From Candidatus Multivoradales bacterium (GTDB lineage Bacteria; Acidobacteriota; Thermoanaerobaculia; Multivoradales; J023), in assembly GCA_965248925.1 (NCBI GenBank), contig CBDFLE010000006.1, positions 160,001 through 224,000 on the forward strand: DNA of 64,000 nucleotides, given 5' to 3'. Both the position numbers and the translations under genes were made by a program. Under the pieces are notes generated by a model, which was not told the DNA's origin, searched no databases, and saw only the letters and a program-made list of their open reading frames with translations. This document shows positions 19,949 through 27,594 of this stretch, piece by piece (within the stretch, counting starts at the first letter, position 1; each line of letters opens with the position of its first letter).

Positions 19949-21250
19949 CTACGGTTGGACGACGTCCCACATGTCGGTATCACCCGAAGTGAAGCCATCG
20001 CCAAAGATCAGGCTATCGCTGTCCGGCGCCTGGGTGGTGAAGGATACCGAGCCAGGAGAACCGGCACGGAACATAGTCAAGGTGGCTGAGTTGCTGGCCG
20101 GCGGCACGTCGGCATCGAACCAGAAAGTGTACATGGTGCCCCAACGCAAGGCGTTGGCGTCGGCGTTGGTGGCTTCGGTGTCGCCGGACCAAGTCACCAT
20201 GCCGCCGCCGACCATCGAAGTCCAATCGGTGTTGTCGTAGGGCTCGCCGGAGTGGTATTCCGGATCGTAGAAACCGACCCCGGTGACCGTCACCGAGGCA
20301 TCCACCGGCACCGAGAAGCTCTGGGCGCTGCGATGGTTATTGAGGTTGTGGACGGCGTAGGAGTAGCGCCAAGTGCCATCACCATTGTCGCGTACCTTGG
20401 TAGCGACGTAGAAGCGACCGTCACCCGCCACATCGACATCGACGATGTCCACCGTCGGGTCTTCGGTCTGCCAGGCGAAAATGGCCGCCTTCTCACGCAC
20501 CGTCCCGCCGGAGAGACTGAGAGTCATCGTCCCGGAGACCGTGACTTCGCTGTAGGAAGCGTTGTTCATGTGATTGCCGAAGGTGGCGTCGTCAGGGGTG
20601 ACGTAGTGCCCCTCGATGTAGTAAGTCGCACCGACATTCAGCGATGGATCAAGGTCGTCTTCATGCACCTGCAGCCGCTTGTAGATGTCGTTGCCGCCCG
20701 CCCCCTGGTCGGTGTAAGGCCAGAGGAAGGCACCGGTGAAAGCGTTGACCTCGAAACGTGGTCCGAGCCGCGAATGGCTGCCGTTCAAGGTCGAGCCGTA
20801 AGGATCGGAACAGCCGACCCCCAAGAGGGCTCCACTGCCGGGATTCTGGCAGCCAAAGCCACAAGCGTTGCCGGCCAAGGCCAAGAAGCCGTGTTTCAGC
20901 CAGCTGATGCCGACATTTTCAATCCGATCGTCCTTGACCCGATACAGGTTCTGGCCGATCACCGGATGATTAGGGTTGTCCGACTGCCACAACAGAGTTG
21001 CGTCGCCCTTGTTGCACGAGGTCGTCGCCACCGAAAAGGCATGGATACTGCCAACACTGCCCCAGTTGCGCACACTCGGCAACTCGCCGACGATCACGTC
21101 GGGGCCGACGGGACCCCGCTGGTCCACTCCTTCCTCTTTCGCCACGGCAGCGCCGGGCAACACGACTAGACTGGCCAGCAAGGCCAGCAACACGAATGAG
21201 CGCCAGGAAAGCAACCCAGGGTTTTTCTGCGCGCACTGCAAAATCGTCAT
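19949..21250 (-). CDS. Secreted hypothetical protein with lysyl-oxidase-like motifs and a C-terminal IFxDGFxSG tail
   Basis: AAAGGAG RBS, signal peptide; GPDVIV, SCNKG, WLKHGF, GCSDPY, NNASY; ends LIFGDGFTSGDTDMW. The functional call is inference. Confidence 0.75.
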   Translation of the reverse strand: MTILQCAQKNPGLLSWRSFVLLALLASLVVLPGAAVAKEEGVDQRGPVGPDVIVGELPSVRNWGSVGSIHAFSVATTSCNKGDATLLWQSDNPNHPVIGQNLYRVKDDRIENVGISWLKHGFLALAGNACGFGCQNPGSGALLGVGCSDPYGSTLNGSHSRLGPRFEVNAFTGAFLWPYTDQGAGGNDIYKRLQVHEDDLDPSLNVGATYYIEGHYVTPDDATFGNHMNNASYSEVTVSGTMTLSLSGGTVREKAAIFAWQTEDPTVDIVDVDVAGDGRFYVATKVRDNGDGTWRYSYAVHNLNNHRSAQSFSVPVDASVTVTGVGFYDPEYHSGEPYDNTDWTSMVGGGMVTWSGDTEATNADANALRWGTMYTFWFDADVPPASNSATLTMFRAGSPGSVSFTTQAPDSDSLIFGDGFTSGDTDMWDVVQP

Positions 21251-21415
21251 GCGGAACACTCCTTTGCTCAACCTAGACTGGGAAGGGTCTCTCCGAAGGA
21301 ACATGCTCACACATGGGTCGCGCCGACTACGAAATCACCACCGCTAGCAAGATTGGAATCTAATAGAAGGCCAAGTATAACCGAGATTCCGCCTCTAGAC
21401 CCATCCCAAGTGCTG

Positions 21416-23437
21416 CTAATCCCCTGATTGGCCACCGCTACGCCGACGCTGCTCGACCAGGGCCTGCAATTCGCGGGCTGGCGCCAGCATCGGATCGAGG
21501 GCGAGGGCTTGGTTAAGCTGCTGCGTCGCCGGCTGCAGCCGGTTCAGAGCGAGATAGACCTGCGCCATCAGTAGACGGGTCGACGGATCGCTCGGTGATT
21601 GGCGGATAGCGACCTGGTAGTGCGCCAGAGCGGCTTCATATTGGCCTGTGCTGGCTAGCAGTCCAGCCAGGTTCTCACGCGCCGGCAAGTGGTCGGAACT
21701 CAGGTCGAGCACCTGCTCAAAACCTTCCCGGGCTCCTTCAACGTTGCCCGAGTAGGCCCGCACCAAGGCTCGATTAAAGTGTAGCTCAGCGGACTCGGGA
21801 GCCCGCTCCAAGCCGCGCTCGAAAACCCGCCCGGCTTGCATCATCTGGCCGCGGCTGGCGTGCAAGATACCCAGCCCCAGGTAGGCGTTGATCATCGTCG
21901 GACTGAATTCGAGGGCCTTGCCGTAAGCATCCTCGGCGGCGCTGAATCGCTGTCTAGATGCCAGGTCGCGACCGACCAGCAGGTGCAAGATCGCATTCTC
22001 GGGATCGCTGTGCAACGCCCTCTCAACAGTCGCCCGGAAGCCTTCCCCATCATCTGCCAGCTGCCGCATCCAGGCAAGCTGCGCCACCAGCCGCGGCATC
22101 TCCACCAGGCCCCAGCGGTCGACCCGCCCGAGATGGAGGATGGCGGCATCGACCACCGCGCGTTGCGGCAGATCGAGGGTGATTCTCGGGGTCGGCTGCA
22201 ACACCCTGCCACGAAAGGCGTCAGTGGCGTCGAAGGCCCGCCTGCCGCGCAAGTCCTCAAGCTGTATCCAGGCGCTATGGCCGCAGAGTCCGACCAGCGC
22301 TATCAACGCGAGGGCGAATCCCCAACCGGCCCGAACCAAGCTCCCTCCCCGCTTGAGCCGCAGAGTGCGCAACCGCAGATTGGGCCGATATATCAAGCGG
22401 GCGCCGAGTAGAACTAGATAGGCGACGATCGCCGCCCAGCCCAGTGAAAAAAGAAAGGGCAGCAGGCCGTAGAGGCCGCGAAAGGAAAAGAAAGCGACGA
22501 TGAAAGCGCCAGCGATCAACAACTCCTCCCCAAACGATAGCTGGCGCCGCGCAGTGGCTGGTTTCTTCACCCGCGGCTTCACCAACAGCGCCGGGCGACC
22601 CAAGCCAAAGTAGAGAGCATCGTGGGGACAGACACTGACGCAGTCCATGCACTTCATGCATCCCGGATCCACCACCATGCCGTAGTCGCGCACCTCCTGG
22701 TGAACCCGCACATTCGAGGTACACACCGCCGTACAGTGGCCACAAGACCCGCAGGCGTCGGTCACCCGGATGGCAGCCGGCGCCAGCCGATCAGCGACGC
22801 CAAAAGCCGCACCGTAGGGACAGGCATAAGTGCAGAAGCCTTTGGCGCCCAAGAAGTAGACAATGGCGAATCCACACACGCCGAAGGTCAAGAGCGCCAC
22901 CACCAGACCGGGAAAAGTGGCCCAAAAGTCGGTCGTGGTAAAAGCACTGGTTACCCCTTGCTCCCAGGGCCGTCCGACCACCAGCCGGTAGATCGCCGGC
23001 CACAAAAACATGTAGACGAATGCCGCCATCGGCACCCACAGCAACAGCCGTGAACGCAGCGGCCGGGGGCGGATGCCGAGCTTGCCCAGCAGCCAGCCCG
23101 CCAGGTCTTGCAGCATCACCAGATGACACCCCCAACCACAGAAGAAGCGGCCAAAAAGTGCCGTCGACAGGATCGACGCGGCAAAAAACACCAGGCCGGC
23201 ATTGATCACCCCATGCTTGCTGAACTCCATCGCCTCAGACGGCTCCACCGGCGTCACCGTCGAGCCGGTAAGGCGCCAGTGCACTAGATGCGCCACCACC
23301 GCCAGATGGACGCCCACCAACACCAGAGCCCGCCGCCGCGACATCTTTGACGGTCGCACTTTCGCCGGCGTGGAGACCACCCGCGGCGGCGAGGACTTGC
23401 CAGGCTTAGAGTGGCGGTTTGATTTCTTCGCTGCCAT
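21416..23437 (-). CDS. Membrane polyferredoxin (NapH/MauN-like 4Fe-4S) fused to TPR repeats
   Basis: GRFFCGWGCH, FCTYACPYG, CGSCGHCTAVC, CMKCMDCVSVCP, several TM helices, C-terminal TPR array. Confidence 0.85.
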   Translation of the reverse strand: MAAKKSNRHSKPGKSSPPRVVSTPAKVRPSKMSRRRALVLVGVHLAVVAHLVHWRLTGSTVTPVEPSEAMEFSKHGVINAGLVFFAASILSTALFGRFFCGWGCHLVMLQDLAGWLLGKLGIRPRPLRSRLLLWVPMAAFVYMFLWPAIYRLVVGRPWEQGVTSAFTTTDFWATFPGLVVALLTFGVCGFAIVYFLGAKGFCTYACPYGAAFGVADRLAPAAIRVTDACGSCGHCTAVCTSNVRVHQEVRDYGMVVDPGCMKCMDCVSVCPHDALYFGLGRPALLVKPRVKKPATARRQLSFGEELLIAGAFIVAFFSFRGLYGLLPFLFSLGWAAIVAYLVLLGARLIYRPNLRLRTLRLKRGGSLVRAGWGFALALIALVGLCGHSAWIQLEDLRGRRAFDATDAFRGRVLQPTPRITLDLPQRAVVDAAILHLGRVDRWGLVEMPRLVAQLAWMRQLADDGEGFRATVERALHSDPENAILHLLVGRDLASRQRFSAAEDAYGKALEFSPTMINAYLGLGILHASRGQMMQAGRVFERGLERAPESAELHFNRALVRAYSGNVEGAREGFEQVLDLSSDHLPARENLAGLLASTGQYEAALAHYQVAIRQSPSDPSTRLLMAQVYLALNRLQPATQQLNQALALDPMLAPARELQALVEQRRRSGGQSGD

Positions 23438-23447
23438 GATTTGGGAT

Positions 23448-24137
23448 CTATCGAGTATAGGGCTTGGCTGGCCGAAGACGGCGGTCGAAGATTTTGGCGA
23501 AATTCCTCGCCACCCGCGCCGCCACTTCGTCGAGCGGCGGCGAAGAGCCGATCAGCTGTTCCACCGAGGTGGTTTCGAGCCCCTTGATGCCGCAAGCAAC
23601 AATGCCGGAAAAGAAGCTCAGGTCGGTCGACACATTCAAGGCAAAGCCATGCGCCGTCACCCAGCGGCTCAGATGCACACCCACCGAGGCGATCTTGCAT
23701 CGCCCCACCCAGACTCCGATGGCGCTTTGTTGGTCCCGTCGCTCCGCCGCGATGCCGAGATCCGCCAATGTGAGCACCAAAGAGTCTTGCAGGTCCCGCA
23801 CATAGCGCCGCACATCGCGGCGGTCGGGATTGAGGTCAAGAATCGGATAGCCCACCAACTGCCCAGGCCCGTGATAAGTCACCTGCCCACCCCGGTTGGT
23901 GTGGTGAACCTCTACCCCGGCCTGCGCCAGCCAACGGCGATCGGCCACCACGTCGGCTGGATCGGCGTTGCGCCCCAAGGTGTAGACCGGATCGTGTTCG
24001 ACCAACAGCAGATGCTCGCCACCTCGCCCGGCCTTGAGATCGCCACGAAGCCGCTCTTGCAACTCATAAGTCGGCTGCCAGCCCGCTCGACCGAGGTAGC
24101 GCCACACGAGAGGGCGCCCGCGGGAGGTATTGCTCAT
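23448..24137 (-). CDS. lipB: Lipoyl(octanoyl) transferase
   Basis: EHDPVYTLGR, RGGQVTYHGPGQLVGYPI, KIASVG, HGFALN, CGI. Confidence 0.96.
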   Translation of the reverse strand: MSNTSRGRPLVWRYLGRAGWQPTYELQERLRGDLKAGRGGEHLLLVEHDPVYTLGRNADPADVVADRRWLAQAGVEVHHTNRGGQVTYHGPGQLVGYPILDLNPDRRDVRRYVRDLQDSLVLTLADLGIAAERRDQQSAIGVWVGRCKIASVGVHLSRWVTAHGFALNVSTDLSFFSGIVACGIKGLETTSVEQLIGSSPPLDEVAARVARNFAKIFDRRLRPAKPYTR

Positions 24138-24139
24138 CG

Positions 24140-24967
24140 CTACGGGTCGCCACCGGCAGGCCGAGCCCCAACAACACCCGGGGTGACCCCTCGGGCATCG
24201 AGAAAGGCGGCCATCAGACTCCACAGGTGGTCAAGGCGGTCCACCAGCCGGTGATCGCCATCGCCAAATACATGCAGTTCGACCGGCGCCCACGGACAAC
24301 TTGCCACAAAGCCGGTGATCGCCCACCAATCCACCGAGGCGTCCTGCATGCCCTGCAGGATCAGGGTCGGACAAGACAGCTCGGCTGCCAACTGCGCCGG
24401 GTCATAAGTCCTCAGATCCTCGAGCAACTCCCAGCCCAACTCACAAGTCACCAGATCGTGAGCAAATTCATGGCGGCCATCGCGCTGCCACTGCTCCATC
24501 CCCGCCGGCCCGGCCCATCGCTCCATGCCTTCGGCCATCTCCAGCGCTGGCGCCAGGGTCAGCGCCGCTTCGACCTCCTCACCCTGACGCGAGGCATACC
24601 ACAGCGCCGAAGCACCGCCCATCGACGAACCGACCAACACCACCCGTCGGTAGCCGTGCTGGCGCAGGAAATCGTGTACCCGGCCGACGTCTTCTAGATT
24701 GCGACTCAGGGTGAGCTGCAACATCGAGCCACCGGACTCGCCATGGCCTTGAAAGTCAAACGAGCACACCGCGATGCCGCGGGCCAACAGGCGGCGGCGA
24801 AAGAAGTCGGCCTTCTCACCGCTTTGGCAAGAGCCGAAGCCATGCATGTAGAGCACCGCCAAGTCGGTCCCGGTCGCCGGTTCGGCCAAATGCAGCGCTA
24901 GATGCGAGGCGGTACCGTCACTGGCCTCGAAATTCAGCCGCTGTTCGCTGTGAATGACTTTGTGCAT
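24140..24967 (-). CDS. Alpha/beta hydrolase
   Basis: HGFGS, DFQGHGES, GSSMGG nucleophile elbow, QGMQD, GDHRL. Confidence 0.88.
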   Translation of the reverse strand: MHKVIHSEQRLNFEASDGTASHLALHLAEPATGTDLAVLYMHGFGSCQSGEKADFFRRRLLARGIAVCSFDFQGHGESGGSMLQLTLSRNLEDVGRVHDFLRQHGYRRVVLVGSSMGGASALWYASRQGEEVEAALTLAPALEMAEGMERWAGPAGMEQWQRDGRHEFAHDLVTCELGWELLEDLRTYDPAQLAAELSCPTLILQGMQDASVDWWAITGFVASCPWAPVELHVFGDGDHRLVDRLDHLWSLMAAFLDARGVTPGVVGARPAGGDP

Positions 24968-24991
24968 AGGTGTTGCCTCAGAAAGACTCCT

Positions 24992-25196
24992 CGTCCGCCA
25001 CTGGGCGGACGTCACATTATAGCGAGGGATTTCAATCCCTTGCGACCGCCGGAGATGGTGTTGGAGACCGGACGAGGCCGGACGAGACCGGACTTGGCCG
25101 CTCGCAATCGGTACGGCGTGAGCCAACCAATGCGGCGTGGGCCGACCGACACGAGGGGTTAAAACCCCTCGCTAAGTCATAATGTCCCTGCGGGAC
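24992..25196. repeat. REP/REPIN-like inverted palindrome pair
   Basis: Hairpins cgtccgcc-actg-ggcggacg and gcgagggat-ttca-atcccttgc at left; cgaggggtt-aa-aacccctcg and gtccc-tgc-gggac at right, in inverted orientation; internal 10-bp period (gagRccggac). Confidence 0.65.
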
Positions 25197-25276
25197 GGAA
25201 GACAGCAGGCAGAGCCCTCGGCGAAGCGGCTCACGGGCCGGCTCAGCCGAGGCTTCGCCTGCTAGGCTAGTCGACG

Positions 25277-25837
25277 ATGGAGGCGCTCAACCCACTGAAT
25301 CTCGGTACCTTGCTGCGCCCCGACTGGGCGCTCTTCGCGCTCGGCGTGGTCTTGCTGCTCTGCGGTCGCCGGTTGGTGTGGTTGGCGTTAGCCGGGCTCG
25401 GCTGCATGCTCGGCCTGGCGCTCGCCGACCGGCTGCTGATCCCCTCGGCCGCAACCTCACCCTGGGTGCAACTCGGCTTGATGGCGTTGTTCGCCTTGGG
25501 CGGCGCGCTGCTGGCGTTGTTCGCTCAGAAGATGGCGGTGGCGGTGGCCGGATTCGTTCTCGGGGTGTTGGGCTCGCTGTGGTTGTTGCAAGCCCTCGGC
25601 TACGCGGAGGAACCTTGGACGCTATTCGCCGTCCTTGGCGGCGCCGCTCTCGGTTTCCTGCTCGGCCGTTTCCTCTTCGCCGTGGCACTGACCGTGTTGT
25701 CGGCGGCCATCGGTGCCTCCTTGATTCTTGAGCCTTTTACTTTGGCAGCCGATTTCAGACCTTTCATGTTCCTCGGCTTGAGCGCCCTCGGCGTCCTCAT
25801 CCAATCCCGCGGCCGGCGGCGGTCAGCGAGGCTCTGA
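25277..25837 (+). CDS. Multi-pass membrane protein (DUF4203-like)
   Basis: About 6-7 hydrophobic helices, LLLCGRRL start motif, GVLIQ end motif. Confidence 0.7.
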   Translation: MEALNPLNLGTLLRPDWALFALGVVLLLCGRRLVWLALAGLGCMLGLALADRLLIPSAATSPWVQLGLMALFALGGALLALFAQKMAVAVAGFVLGVLGSLWLLQALGYAEEPWTLFAVLGGAALGFLLGRFLFAVALTVLSAAIGASLILEPFTLAADFRPFMFLGLSALGVLIQSRGRRRSARL

Positions 25838-26769
25838 TGCGGGCCAGCGGCAATCCGACCAGCTGGCTGATCGCGCTATTGCTGGTCGCCCTGGCCGGCT
25901 CTCCTCTGTGGGCTGCGGCCACACCGCCCGAGCTGATTTTCGCGGCGCCGCCTGAACTTGAGGGCGCGCTGCGCCGGGCGCGAGGCTTCGATCGCCAGGC
26001 CCTGGTCGAAACTCTGGAGCTCCTCGGCCTCGAGCAGCCGGGGCCGCCAATCCACATCAAATTGGTGGCCGCAGACTCCCCCGAAGCGCGGCAGGCGCCG
26101 TCTTGGGTGCTGGGCTACGCTTTCGGCGCGGCTGGTTGGGCAGTGGTGATCCCGGCCCGTGTGCCGGGCTATCCGGGCCGCAATCTGGAGTCGGTCTTGC
26201 ATCATGAGATCACCCATGTGCTGGTGGCGCGCGCGGCTCACCGCCGTTCGGTTCCGCGTTGGTTCGACGAAGGCCTGGCGATGACCGCCGCCCGGCGTTG
26301 GACCTGGGGCGATCGCTCGCGGTTGGTCTTCGCCACTTTCAGCCGCGGTGGCTTGCGGTTGGCCGACCTCGACCGCGGCTTTCCCGCCAACCCGGCGGCT
26401 TCGGCCCGCGCCTACGCTTTCTCTGCGGCGCTCGTGCGACACCTGATCGAGACCTACGGCCAGGGGGCACCGGCGCGGATCCTTGAGGGTCTGGGTCGCG
26501 GCCGTGGCTTCGCATCAGCATTCCGTCAGGCCACCGGCCACGGCTTGGGCGACGCCGAGAACCTCTTCTGGCGGCAACTAGATTGGCGGAACAAATGGGT
26601 GCCATTCCTCACCAGCTCGGCCTTCGTTTGGCTACTGATCACCAGCCTGGCGCTCCTCGCCTTCCGCCGGCGCCGGGCCCTCGACCAGGCTCAACGCGAG
26701 ATTTGGGATGCCGAAGATAGAGCCCCGTGGGAGCAAGCTGACTCAACCACCGAACCATGGGTAAACTAG
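25837..26769 (+). CDS. Peptidase MA family metallohydrolase with C-terminal TM helix
   Basis: Signal peptide, HHEITH, PRWFDEGLA; TGATG coupling to the upstream gene. Confidence 0.8.
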   Translation: MRASGNPTSWLIALLLVALAGSPLWAAATPPELIFAAPPELEGALRRARGFDRQALVETLELLGLEQPGPPIHIKLVAADSPEARQAPSWVLGYAFGAAGWAVVIPARVPGYPGRNLESVLHHEITHVLVARAAHRRSVPRWFDEGLAMTAARRWTWGDRSRLVFATFSRGGLRLADLDRGFPANPAASARAYAFSAALVRHLIETYGQGAPARILEGLGRGRGFASAFRQATGHGLGDAENLFWRQLDWRNKWVPFLTSSAFVWLLITSLALLAFRRRRALDQAQREIWDAEDRAPWEQADSTTEPWVN

Positions 26770-26817
26770 GGCAGACTGAGTAGAAATTTTCACCTGATCC
26801 ACCGTCGGAGCCAAGCG

Positions 26818-27501
26818 ATGACCACTCATTTCGACCCCAAGCTATTCGCTTTCTTGCGCGATCTGCGACAGAACAACCAACGCGACTGGTTCCAAGCCCA
26901 CAAGGAACGCTACGAAGACACGGTCAAGGATCCGCTGTTGACCTTTATCAGCGACTTTGGCCCACACCTGCGCAAGATCTCCAAACACTTCGTTGCCGAT
27001 CCCCGACCCACCGGCGGCTCGATGTTTCGCATCTATCGCGATGTGCGTTTCTCCAAAGACAAGAGCCCGTACAAAACTACCGCCTCGGCCCATTTCAAGC
27101 ACCGCCGCGCCAAGGATGTCCACGCGCCGGGGTTCTACCTGCATCTGGAGCCCGGCCAAGTATTCGCCGGTGCCGGCATCTGGCGCCCCGCTGGACCCGC
27201 GGTGAGGGCAATTCGCAGCGCTATTGTTGAGCATCCCGACGAGTGGCGGAAGATGCTCAACAATCGGCGTTTCCGTCAGCTCGGCGAACTCAGCGGCGAA
27301 TCGCTCAAGCGCCCGCCCCGCGACTTCGATCCCGAGCACCCACTGATCGAAGACCTCAAGCGCAAGGACTTCTTGGTCGATCAGCCATTCACCGAGGCCG
27401 ATGCCACCGGCGAGGACTTTCTCGACCGTTTTGTCGACTTCTGCCGCGCCGCGGCGCCGCTGATGAAATTCCTCACCGGGGCTCTAGAGGTGGAATTCTG
27501 A
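26818..27501 (+). CDS. DUF2461 / TIGR02453 family protein
   Basis: FLRDL..NN.RDWF, FRIYRDVRFSKDKSPYK, GFYLH, LKRPP. Confidence 0.92.
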   Translation: MTTHFDPKLFAFLRDLRQNNQRDWFQAHKERYEDTVKDPLLTFISDFGPHLRKISKHFVADPRPTGGSMFRIYRDVRFSKDKSPYKTTASAHFKHRRAKDVHAPGFYLHLEPGQVFAGAGIWRPAGPAVRAIRSAIVEHPDEWRKMLNNRRFRQLGELSGESLKRPPRDFDPEHPLIEDLKRKDFLVDQPFTEADATGEDFLDRFVDFCRAAAPLMKFLTGALEVEF

Positions 27502-27594
27502 GCCGCTGCCAGAAAGACACTTTCGCGGCGGACTCCACCGCCTGATCTTGGCCGATAGAATGCGCTCTCCCGACCGACCTCATGGAGATCGCAT

